Source: a virus
Lineage: Duplodnaviria; Caudoviricetes
Direction: 5' to 3' (one strand)
DNA: 63,049 nt
Virus record (IMG/VR): IMGVR_UViG_3300027782_000082
Coordinates: 1-63,049 of that record
Shown here: positions 1-7,557 of the stretch, piece by piece
Layout: every line of letters begins with the position of its first letter
How positions within the stretch are numbered: the first letter of the stretch is position 1
Translations under genes and position numbers: made by a program
The notes under the pieces: generated by a model
The model's input: only the letters and a program-made list of their open reading frames with translations
Database searches by the model: none
What the model was told of the DNA's origin: nothing

Positions 1-1
1 T

Positions 2-337
2 AAGGGTTGGTTTGACCCAAAAGAAAAACAAAAACGGTTGATCACCAAAACACTAAAAGGACCACATGCTGAAAAAGCCATGGCAGACCTAAATGGTGAA
101 CCGTGGGTGGGTGTACTCAGCACCAATATTGATGTTAAGAATCCACGTTCTGGGTACTTTGAGCTTGATTGGAACGATAAATTCGTTGACATGTTGCGCA
201 ATGCAGGGTATACTGGTAGTACAGGTGAAGAAGTAGTCGATCGTTGGTTCAACGATCTTGCAAAAAACATTGCCGCTAGCGTCGACGAAGAGTCCAAATT
301 TGTTGCAGATGCGGATCGTCTTCCTCCTAGAGGCTAA
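2..337 (+). CDS. Hypothetical phage protein, 5'-truncated by the window edge
   Basis: Frame is open from position 2 to TAA at 337. The TTG start at 38 in the track is probably internal. Confidence 0.7.
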   Translation, partial: KGWFDPKEKQKRLITKTLKGPHAEKAMADLNGEPWVGVLSTNIDVKNPRSGYFELDWNDKFVDMLRNAGYTGSTGEEVVDRWFNDLAKNIAASVDEESKFVADADRLPPRG

Positions 338-351
338 CACAGAGAGAACTT

Positions 352-1332
352 ATGTCATATCTTTTGGTTGATACTGCTAACATGTTTTTCCGAGCACGTC
401 ACGTGGTACGTGGAGATGCTGATGAAAAGATTGGCATGGCATACCATATCATGTTTGCCAGCATTGCCAAGGCTTGGAGAGACTTCCAGGGCAAGCACGT
501 GATTTTCTGTCTCGAAGGTCGAAGCTGGCGCAAAGATGTAGACGTTAACTACAAGGCAAATCGTGCTGTGGCACGTGCCGCACTAACTGCAAAAGAAGCA
601 GAAGAAGACAAGATGTTTTGGGAAGCGTATGATGAGTTCACTACTTTCCTGGCAACCAAGACAAATGCCACAGTACTACAGCAAGGGCGATGCGAAGCTG
701 ACGACTTTATTGCACGTTGGATTCAACTGCACAACGATGACAATCATGTTATCGTTTCTAGCGACGGTGACTTCTATCAGTTGATTGCTCCTAATGTTCG
801 AATCTACAATGGCATCAGCAAGCAGACGATCACACATGAAGGTTTCTTTGATGAAAAAGGTAAGAAAGTCAAAGACAAGAAAACCAAGGAAGAACTGTCT
901 GCGCCGGACCCAGAATGGCTACTCTTCGAGAAGTGCATGCGCGGTGATGTCAGCGACAACATCTTCTCGGCGTTCCCAGGTGTGCGTACCAAAGGTAGCA
1001 AAAATAAAGTTGGACTACAGGAAGCGTTTTCAGATCGCAATAGCAAAGGCTACAACTGGAATAATCTCATGCTTCAGCGATGGGTTGACCATAATGGCAA
1101 CGAGCATAGGGTCAAGGATCGTTATGAGGCCAACAAACAATTGATTGACCTTACTGCACAACCAGACGACATTAAGGAATTGCTCGACGCGGCAATTTCT
1201 ACACAGGTGCAGAAAGAAACTACCAACCAAGTGGGATTACACTTGCTCAAGTTTTGTGGCAAATATAATCTTGCTCGTATCAGTGATGATGTCAAAGCAC
1301 ATTCCGATTACTTGTCAGCAGGCTACGCATGA
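352..1332 (+). CDS. rnh: T4 RNase H-like / FEN-family 5'-3' exonuclease
   Basis: N-terminal LLVD, YKANR, EADD, IVSSDGDFYQL and GDVSDNI motifs of the 5' nuclease family. Confidence 0.9.
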   Translation: MSYLLVDTANMFFRARHVVRGDADEKIGMAYHIMFASIAKAWRDFQGKHVIFCLEGRSWRKDVDVNYKANRAVARAALTAKEAEEDKMFWEAYDEFTTFLATKTNATVLQQGRCEADDFIARWIQLHNDDNHVIVSSDGDFYQLIAPNVRIYNGISKQTITHEGFFDEKGKKVKDKKTKEELSAPDPEWLLFEKCMRGDVSDNIFSAFPGVRTKGSKNKVGLQEAFSDRNSKGYNWNNLMLQRWVDHNGNEHRVKDRYEANKQLIDLTAQPDDIKELLDAAISTQVQKETTNQVGLHLLKFCGKYNLARISDDVKAHSDYLSAGYA

Positions 1333-1829
1333 TATCCGCAAAAGTTGTTCTCAAAGATAAATTCTGGATGCTTCAAAAAGAAGGAGTGTCAGTTGGCACT
1401 TTGCGATTCGAAGCTGATCATATTTCTGTGATGCTTGACGGAAGTCCGTTGAAATTTGCTGATATCAATGAAGCAAAGTCTGCACTGGAAATAGTTGACT
1501 CGATCACATCAACTGTGTCCGGATCATCTAGACTGGAAGAAGCGTATGGTTATCCAACCGATCTTGAACGAGTTTTCAACCTGGTCGAAGATCAGGGATT
1601 GCCTTGTTATACCAAAGCAAAAAATAGCAAAGTAGTACATGCTGCCGGTTGGTATGGTATGCAACGAAACGGACTACATGCTGAAGCATTTTGTCCCAAG
1701 GTAAATACCCTCAAGACATATCCGTATATTGGGCCATTCAAGAGTCAGACTGATTTGAGAGTTGCCATGACTTCATGGAAAAGAAATGATAAATCGGGAT
1801 CTAACACCACTAGACAAGTTCTTAGCTAA
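1329..1829 (+). CDS. Hypothetical protein
   Basis: ATGA-coupled to rnh; 166 aa. Confidence 0.75.
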   Translation: MISAKVVLKDKFWMLQKEGVSVGTLRFEADHISVMLDGSPLKFADINEAKSALEIVDSITSTVSGSSRLEEAYGYPTDLERVFNLVEDQGLPCYTKAKNSKVVHAAGWYGMQRNGLHAEAFCPKVNTLKTYPYIGPFKSQTDLRVAMTSWKRNDKSGSNTTRQVLS

Positions 1830-2001
1830 AGTAAAAGATGCAAGTCGCCAGGGCCTCAAAGAGGTTAGATTAGACACCAGAGACGCAATAGAGATCACCA
1901 CCCTCCTGACTCAAATTTTACTCAAACAACAGATTGCTACTGTACCAAAAGATGTTGTGCCTGCATCTCTTTCAAAATCAATGGATGGTGGTAAATTCTA
2001 A
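1786..2001 (+). CDS. Hypothetical protein
   Basis: 71 aa, same strand as neighbours, ends DGGKF. Confidence 0.65.
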   Translation: MINRDLTPLDKFLAKVKDASRQGLKEVRLDTRDAIEITTLLTQILLKQQIATVPKDVVPASLSKSMDGGKF

Positions 2002-2159
2002 TGAAAACAAGATTTGTCAGCATTGTGGTTGGCGCATTGATAATTGTCATATTTGCTATGAATTTTGAAGTGATACAGTATCAAGCTAGAGAAATCGTAT
2101 ACAAGCAATCCGCTGTTCCTACTACCGCTAAACAAGAGCCAAAGCAATGCTGGATCTAG
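2001..2159 (+). CDS. Small membrane-anchored protein (52 aa, not in ORF track)
   Basis: TAATG coupling to the upstream stop. MKTRFVSIVVGALIIVIFAMNF... has a basic N-terminus and a hydrophobic helix. Confidence 0.6.
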   Translation: MKTRFVSIVVGALIIVIFAMNFEVIQYQAREIVYKQSAVPTTAKQEPKQCWI

Positions 2160-2194
2160 CATAAAAATACCGCTATAAAAAACCCACTTGGTCA

Positions 2195-2200
2195 TAAATA
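2195..2200 (+). promoter_or_regulatory. Late-type promoter (TAAATA, T4 TATAAATA-like)
   Basis: cATAAATA 30 nt upstream of ATG 2231. The same hexamer recurs just upstream of genes at 8823+, 11941+, 13836+, 21467-, 27924-, 30020-, 30684-, 44601-, 45837-, 53067-, 59754-, 59778- and 59813+. Confidence 0.65.
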
Positions 2201-2230
2201 ACTGAGCATAGAAAGAAGAGAGCTCAGACA

Positions 2231-2533
2231 ATGGCCAGACCTAAACCAACAATACTGTTAGAAATAACAAACAAGAAGACCTACAAGAGTGACCAAGTTT
2301 TGGAAGCAGATGCGATCTATGCTGTGTTCCACGACAGTAAGCCAATCAATCTTCGCATGGTCAATAGCCTAGTCAATTACCCTGGACCCAAGTACAAGAA
2401 GGTCAGCTTTAGCAATCCCGGACATGCTTACAATCTAGCACAGAAGCTAAACAAACAATTCAACACCAAGGGATTCGAAGTATATGAACTCAAGTCAGGA
2501 AGATGTTTGGGAAGTGAAGACCCCGCTAGTTGA
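2231..2533 (+). CDS. Hypothetical phage protein
   Basis: 100 aa, downstream of a late-type promoter. Confidence 0.8.
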   Translation: MARPKPTILLEITNKKTYKSDQVLEADAIYAVFHDSKPINLRMVNSLVNYPGPKYKKVSFSNPGHAYNLAQKLNKQFNTKGFEVYELKSGRCLGSEDPAS

Positions 2534-2867
2534 GACTGTACTGCGAGAAGTTTCTCCATTACATCCAACCCCATTAACTCCTTTCCAAATTTTTCAAAAT
2601 TATAGAGACGGGCGCGGCACAAGGTTCACTACCCTGGGAATGAAACTAGCCAAGCAGGTGTTCGAAGCCTACACCGTGCGCATTCCAAAAGATACACCAA
2701 TAAAAGCTAAATATCTAACGGCACTGGATAGACACATGCAGTGGCCCTATTTCCTTGACCGCAATAGATTGATATTGTTCAATGAGATGGATGCCATGGA
2801 ATTTACGCTGTTCGGCGGTGACCTTGAAAGTTGGTGTGAAGGTAAAGAACCTGGGCGTGGAATATGA
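2484..2867 (+). CDS. Hypothetical protein (true start may be slightly downstream)
   Basis: ATGA-coupled to the next gene. Confidence 0.65.
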   Translation: MNSSQEDVWEVKTPLVETVLREVSPLHPTPLTPFQIFQNYRDGRGTRFTTLGMKLAKQVFEAYTVRIPKDTPIKAKYLTALDRHMQWPYFLDRNRLILFNEMDAMEFTLFGGDLESWCEGKEPGRGI

Positions 2868-3982
2868 GACTTTACGAACTTATTAACGAAACTGCTATTA
2901 GACTTTCTGGCTCTTCAGATAAGGCAAAGGCATGGATAAAGAAAGTCTATGACTTGTACCCGCAGACTTGGCAGAACAATCACGTGATGCCACTGGGAGG
3001 TTCTGGCGATGACCAACAGTTTGCTATGTTTGAACTGGAGCCTAGTTTTTCCAAACGCGGTGCAGTGGAAGTCAAGTGGTTTCAAGCATACCCATTGCGA
3101 CAAGGTGTTGGTTCACGTGCCATGAAAGAATTGCAACGCATGGCACAAGAAGATGGCATCGCACTGACACTTTATCCTTGGGACAAAGGTCAGGTGAGCC
3201 AAAGCAAACTGACCAAGTTCTACAAAGGCCATGGGTTCAAACCTACCACCAAGGGTGCCAAGAACATGGCATGGAATCCAGTTGAAGAGGGGCGCGAAGA
3301 AGCATTACACTTTGCAACTCAAGCACATGCCGGTCAAACTCGGGCAGGCGGCGCACCTTATATTTCTCATCCTGTACGTGTTGCTCAGCATGTTGAACAA
3401 TGGAAGAAGTCTCATAATATAGAAGCATTGATCAGTGCGGCTTACCTACATGACACCCTAGAAGATACAGATACCACGCATGAAGCCTTGCACGACTTGT
3501 TTGGCGGATTGGTTGCATCACTAGTGCAAGAACTAACAAGCGATCCAGAAGAAATTAAAAAAGTAGGTAAGGCTGCGTACCTGGCGCATAAGATGGCTGC
3601 AATGAGCAGTTATGCTCTTGTTATCAAACTTGCTGACAGATTAGATAATGTCAAAGACATTACCACTGCTAAAACACCAGAATGGCGTACAAAGTACAAA
3701 GCAGAAACAGAACATATATTAGATTACATTGAAAAGAATCGTGCGCTGAGTGGTACACATCAAAAGCTAATTGAATTGATACGTAATAAGCTACAAGAAC
3801 TTCAGACCGTAGATGAAAACTTTGATGATGGGAAAAATCCTGGACGCAAAGGACTGAGCCAGCGTGTGGGCATACCCAAGAACGCAACTGTTTCACAGCT
3901 AGAGAAACATGCTAAAGCCCCGGGCGAAGAAGGAAGAATGGCTCGCTGGCAACTAAATATGCGAAGAGGACGCAACAAATGA
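2864..3982 (+). CDS. Multidomain protein: GNAT acetyltransferase + RelA/SpoT-type HD (p)ppGpp-hydrolase-like domain + basic C-terminal module
   Basis: GNAT: LRQGVGS acetyl-CoA loop and KFYKGHGF. HD: HAGQTR..G.PYISHP, AAYLHDTLEDT, IKLADRLDN. Confidence 0.85.
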   Translation: MRLYELINETAIRLSGSSDKAKAWIKKVYDLYPQTWQNNHVMPLGGSGDDQQFAMFELEPSFSKRGAVEVKWFQAYPLRQGVGSRAMKELQRMAQEDGIALTLYPWDKGQVSQSKLTKFYKGHGFKPTTKGAKNMAWNPVEEGREEALHFATQAHAGQTRAGGAPYISHPVRVAQHVEQWKKSHNIEALISAAYLHDTLEDTDTTHEALHDLFGGLVASLVQELTSDPEEIKKVGKAAYLAHKMAAMSSYALVIKLADRLDNVKDITTAKTPEWRTKYKAETEHILDYIEKNRALSGTHQKLIELIRNKLQELQTVDENFDDGKNPGRKGLSQRVGIPKNATVSQLEKHAKAPGEEGRMARWQLNMRRGRNK

Positions 3983-5355
3983 AAATCCATGACATTATAA
4001 CCGAAGCAAAGCAAGACAAGAAGCCCAAGCTACCTGCTGGTGCCAAAAAGATGAACGGCTTGACTGTGATTCCACTGGATGCATTTGTTGATCAACCTAT
4101 AAAAGAAGGCGGAGATGGCGAAACTCCAAAAAGCAGAGGCATTGCTGATGGTTACTATGGTCGTCCGCCAAACCCACACAAGTATGCAAAAGACAGCACA
4201 GGTAAAAATGTTCGCGTCAAACTAACTGATCCTGCTGAAATTGCCGAATACATGGCAGGTTATAAAGATGATTCGTTTGGTTCCAAGGCCTATGAAGGTG
4301 TCAACGAAGCACCTGGTGATTTTGGCCTAGGTGCTAGCACACGTACTGCTAGTGATGATGAGATGCAGGCTTATGCAAAGCGCATCAAGGACAAAGAGAA
4401 GAACAAGCTAGACCCATACAACATGCCTTATGTGCATGGTTCCAACATACAGATCAAAGACGAAGGCGGCAAGGACTACAACTTGGATGCTCTTCGCAAT
4501 GCTATCACAGAACGTCCTACAAAGATCCTCAAGCAAAATGAAAAGATGCAACACAGTGATGGATCCAGCAGTATCTTCTTCAACGTAGGATTGCCTGCTC
4601 TTAAAGGACTCGCTGTAAATGAACAAACAGGTGAATTTGTTATTGTTGACACTTGCCCTGGTGCTGGTGCTTGCAAAACTTTCTGTTATGCAATGAAAGG
4701 TTCTTACGTGATGTTCAAGGCAGTGAGCATGAACCAAACACGCATGCTGAACTTCTTGCTCAACGACCCCGAAGGCTTTGCCGACGAAATGAGCAGTGAA
4801 CTACGTTCTGCTCAACGCAAGTTTGCCAAAGACGGTACCAAGGTAATTGTGCGCTGGCACGATGCTGGTGACTTCTTCAGCCCAGAATATCTTGCACTGG
4901 CATACAGCATCGCTCGCAAGTTCCCTACTGTAGATTTCTACGCTTATACCAAACTGGCCGATGTTGCCAGCGGAGACAAGCCAGCCAACTTCAAAATGAA
5001 CTTCTCCGGTGGTGCCAAAGGCAGCGAAGAAAAACAGATCAACTTCCAAAAGGTCAAGCACAGTCGTGTGGTGCCGAAGGACATGTTCTTTGATCTTATT
5101 TCTCGCAAGGGCAACAACCTGATCAAGGATGCAAAAGGCCGCATGCAATTTGCCAGCCAAGAGAACCTGGACACTTTCAAACAGCGCCTGGCCCAACAGT
5201 ACAAGATTGATAGAAACAGCATCATCACGTATGACCAGATGATGGCTACCAAAGACAGCGGCAAGCCAACTTGGAACGTGATTGTTATGCCTGGCGATGG
5301 TGATGACTCTGCTAACCGCAACGACGTGTTGGGTAGCTATCTCTTGTTCCATTGA
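3979..5355 (+). CDS. Gp88-like Cys-motif (radical-SAM-like) protein with N-terminal extensions
   Basis: TCPGAGACKTFCYA (CX5CX3C), VRWHDAGDFF and FYAYTK; ATGA-coupled. Confidence 0.65.
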   Translation: MKIHDIITEAKQDKKPKLPAGAKKMNGLTVIPLDAFVDQPIKEGGDGETPKSRGIADGYYGRPPNPHKYAKDSTGKNVRVKLTDPAEIAEYMAGYKDDSFGSKAYEGVNEAPGDFGLGASTRTASDDEMQAYAKRIKDKEKNKLDPYNMPYVHGSNIQIKDEGGKDYNLDALRNAITERPTKILKQNEKMQHSDGSSSIFFNVGLPALKGLAVNEQTGEFVIVDTCPGAGACKTFCYAMKGSYVMFKAVSMNQTRMLNFLLNDPEGFADEMSSELRSAQRKFAKDGTKVIVRWHDAGDFFSPEYLALAYSIARKFPTVDFYAYTKLADVASGDKPANFKMNFSGGAKGSEEKQINFQKVKHSRVVPKDMFFDLISRKGNNLIKDAKGRMQFASQENLDTFKQRLAQQYKIDRNSIITYDQMMATKDSGKPTWNVIVMPGDGDDSANRNDVLGSYLLFH

Positions 5356-5356
5356 T

Positions 5357-5434
5357 ATGAATCCAGACCAATACCCTGTATACCCAGAGGATGATGGCAG
5401 TGACCGTCCGAGAAATCCTTACAGCCCTGTATGA
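5357..5434 (+). CDS. Micro-ORF, 25 aa (MNPDQYPVYPEDDGSDRPRNPYSPV)
   Basis: ATG lies 1 nt after the upstream stop; its TGA overlaps ATG 5431. Confidence 0.45.
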   Translation: MNPDQYPVYPEDDGSDRPRNPYSPV

Positions 5435-5510
5435 AGGACTGGCACGATTTGGCCTGGGCCAAGTGGGAATACCATGGCCAGAGGAAACAGACAAATCCAA
5501 ACACCCTTAG
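5391..5510 (+). CDS. Micro-ORF, 39 aa (MMAVTVREILTALYEGLARFGLGQVGIPWPEETDKSKHP)
   Basis: GAGG immediately upstream; amphipathic-looking N-terminal half. Confidence 0.35.
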   Translation: MMAVTVREILTALYEGLARFGLGQVGIPWPEETDKSKHP

Positions 5511-5526
5511 GACCCGTTATTCGTAA
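5431..5526 (+). CDS. Micro-ORF, 31 aa (MKDWHDLAWAKWEYHGQRKQTNPNTLRTRYS)
   Basis: ATGA coupling with the 25-aa ORF. Confidence 0.3.
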   Translation: MKDWHDLAWAKWEYHGQRKQTNPNTLRTRYS

Positions 5527-5592
5527 CGGCGGTGTGGGCGGCCACTGCTCGCATGCAACAGGAGTCGTGCCCTTTAGCATGCAAAGTGTGGC
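5505..5592 (+). ncRNA. Candidate small structured RNA with a possible pseudoknot; 5' part complementary to 23S rRNA H69-H70
   Basis: ccgtta-TTCG-taacgg hairpin; gtgggcgg/ctgctcgc stem with G-U pairs only on the + strand; gcatgc/gcatgc stem enclosing agg/cct; loop gccac complementary to gtggc 5588-5592. Confidence 0.5.
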
Positions 5593-5624
5593 ATTTTTAC
5601 AACACATTGCGTAAATAGCCCGAA

Positions 5625-5694
5625 AGCTAAGTCATTGATTTTGCTAGGGTTTTTATCGTACCCTAGCTAAGTTGTTGATTTTGCTAGGGTTTTT
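5625..5694. repeat. Two 30-bp direct repeats at 40-bp spacing with an embedded inverted repeat
   Basis: agctaagtcattgattttgctagggttttt (5625-5654) and agctaagttgttgattttgctagggttttt (5665-5694); gctagggt/accctagc inverted repeat at 5643-5667. Confidence 0.9.
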
Positions 5695-5721
5695 TTCTGG
5701 GTTTTTCCTGGAAAAAAGTGG

Positions 5722-5750
5722 TTGACGCCCAACCCAGTTCAGTGCATAAT
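5722..5750 (+). promoter_or_regulatory. Sigma70-type early promoter
   Basis: TTGACG-N17-CATAAT preceded by GTGG. Confidence 0.75.
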
Positions 5751-5756
5751 ACGAGT

Positions 5757-5924
5757 ATGATGAAACAGAAGCTCACCATAACAGTCAACGCACCGCGCAA
5801 GCGCACCCGCGCCCATGCTGTGCTCTTTTTGGACTCACGCTATAAACAGCGCACGGTTAAGTCCGAGCGTCTTTATGACCGTAAGCGCCAAAAAGAGGTT
5901 GACCGTAAAGCGAGTCTGCTGTAA
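5757..5924 (+). CDS. Small basic protein, ArfA (alternative ribosome-rescue factor A)-like
   Basis: AVLFLDSRYKQRTVKSERLYDRKRQK resembles the ArfA core (ALLHDPLFRQRVEK...SYMRKGKH) but lacks KGKGS. Start moved to the ATG 6 nt after the -10 box. Confidence 0.45.
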   Translation: MMKQKLTITVNAPRKRTRAHAVLFLDSRYKQRTVKSERLYDRKRQKEVDRKASLL

Positions 5925-5927
5925 CAT
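5899..5927 (+). promoter_or_regulatory. Sigma70-type early promoter
   Basis: GAGG-TTGACC-N17-TAACAT. Confidence 0.55.
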
Positions 5928-5981
5928 CATAAATGGGTAGGGCATGTCGCACTACTCAAACACACAGAGAGGTAATTTACC

Positions 5982-6248
5982 ATGGCTTCCAAGTCACTCA
6001 AGACGTTCAAGTTCGTTGGCGTTTCTTTGCTCAATGGCAATGTTAAGGCCCGTTTCACGAACGATACTGCAACCCGCATCAAGGTGATGCAACGTGGTGG
6101 TCACACCAACATTGAGTTCACCGAACTCCCCCGCGAAATGACCAAGGCTGAGATTGAGAGCGAAGGTATGCTCCAGAAGGCTTTGGCTTCTTATAAGGGC
6201 GCCGCTCCTGCGGAGAAGCCTGCCAAGCCAGCGAAGGCTGTTGCTTAA
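5982..6248 (+). CDS. Hypothetical early protein
   Basis: GAGAGG RBS; 88 aa with an Ala/Lys/Pro tail. Confidence 0.85.
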   Translation: MASKSLKTFKFVGVSLLNGNVKARFTNDTATRIKVMQRGGHTNIEFTELPREMTKAEIESEGMLQKALASYKGAAPAEKPAKPAKAVA

Positions 6249-6257
6249 ATGCAACAC

Positions 6258-6310
6258 GTGTCAAGAGCTTGGTAACAGGCTCTTGACACAATGCCTACAT
6301 AGTGTATAAT
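6258..6310 (+). promoter_or_regulatory. Sigma70 promoter whose -35 box lies in a 14-bp inverted repeat
   Basis: gtgtcaagagcttg-GTAA-caggctcttgacac; TTGACA 6283-6288, TATAAT 6305-6310. Confidence 0.75.
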
Positions 6311-6344
6311 GTAGACATGTTCAACGCTAAGAGGAAAACTTAAA

Positions 6345-7454
6345 ATGGCATCCAAAGACACCGTAGACAGTCGTACTGTCAAAATTTCAGAAGCTCGTAC
6401 GCTCATCCGCAAAGCTATCAGCAAGCGCCGTCCGGTGTTTATTTGGGGACCTCCGGGTGTGGGCAAGAGCGATCTCGTTGGGCAGATTGCCGACGACTTG
6501 AATGGCATCACCATCGACATGCGCATGGCGCTGATGGAACCTACCGACATCAAGGGCATCCCTTATTACAACGCCACCGAAAATACCATGAAGTGGGCTC
6601 CCCCGTCGGACTTGCCCACTGTGGAATTTGCCAGCCAGTATGACATCGTCATCCTGTTCCTAGATGAGCTTAACTCTGCTCCCCCTGCTGTACAAGCCGC
6701 GGCATACCAACTGGTGCTGAACCGTCGTGTTGGACAGTATGTGCTGCCGGACAATGTTGTTGTGGTTGCCGCAGGTAACCGACTCAGCGACAAGGGTGTT
6801 GCATATCGCATGCCTAGCCCACTTGCCAATCGTTTCGTACACGTTGAGCTCCATGTGGACTTTCCAGACTGGCAAGTTTGGGCTGTTAAGAACCAGATCC
6901 ACCCTGACGTGGTTGGTTACCTGAGCTACCAGAAAGCAGACTTGTTCCAGTTTGATCCGCAGGTACACGACCGTTCGTTTGGTACTCCGCGCTCTTGGTC
7001 ATTCGTGTCCGACTTGTTGGACGACCAGATGACTGACAACCAACAGAGCGACTTGGTTGCTGGTTGCGTTGGCTCTGGACTGAGCGTCAAGTTTATGGCA
7101 CACCGTAAGGTTGCGGCTCGCTTGCCTAATCCAACTGACGTGCTAGCTGGTAAAGTTACCACGATGGATGTGAAAGAGATTTCCGCCAAGTTCAGTTTGG
7201 TGACTGCTATGTGCTACGAGCTCAAAGCGGCTTATGACAGCCTTAACAAGGAAAAGAAGCTGGATGCATGGCACCCAATGTGCGAGCATTTCATCCAGTT
7301 CATGATGGACAATATGGAAAAAGAGATCGTTGTTATGGGTGCCGCTACTGCGCTCAAGACATATGAGCTCAAGTTCGATTATCGTAAGCTCAAGAACTTC
7401 AAAGAGTTCTACGACAAGTTTGCCCATCTTATCGTTGACGTGGATGCCAAGTAA
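6345..7454 (+). CDS. MoxR-type AAA+ ATPase
   Basis: Walker A GPPGVGKS, Walker B ILFLDE, AAGN sensor, PLANRF arginine finger and TPRSW. Confidence 0.9.
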   Translation: MASKDTVDSRTVKISEARTLIRKAISKRRPVFIWGPPGVGKSDLVGQIADDLNGITIDMRMALMEPTDIKGIPYYNATENTMKWAPPSDLPTVEFASQYDIVILFLDELNSAPPAVQAAAYQLVLNRRVGQYVLPDNVVVVAAGNRLSDKGVAYRMPSPLANRFVHVELHVDFPDWQVWAVKNQIHPDVVGYLSYQKADLFQFDPQVHDRSFGTPRSWSFVSDLLDDQMTDNQQSDLVAGCVGSGLSVKFMAHRKVAARLPNPTDVLAGKVTTMDVKEISAKFSLVTAMCYELKAAYDSLNKEKKLDAWHPMCEHFIQFMMDNMEKEIVVMGAATALKTYELKFDYRKLKNFKEFYDKFAHLIVDVDAK

Positions 7455-7460
7455 GATGGG

Positions 7461-7532
7461 TGGAGAGCAATCTTTTAGCGGGGTTGCTCTCCAATTTATG
7501 TGGTTGACAGTGAGTCCAAACTGTCGTACAAT
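7461..7532 (+). promoter_or_regulatory. 12-bp hairpin followed by a sigma70 promoter
   Basis: tggagagcaatc/ggttgctctcca (7461-7493); TGG-TTGACA(7504)-N17-TACAAT. Confidence 0.7.
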
Positions 7533-7557
7533 ATATAAACACTAAAGGAGCATCCAC

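Noticed and set aside
4801-5352. 183-aa minus-strand ORF and many similar short nested ORFs in the track
   Set aside because: They are antisense or nested within well-supported genes and have no motifs or RBS.
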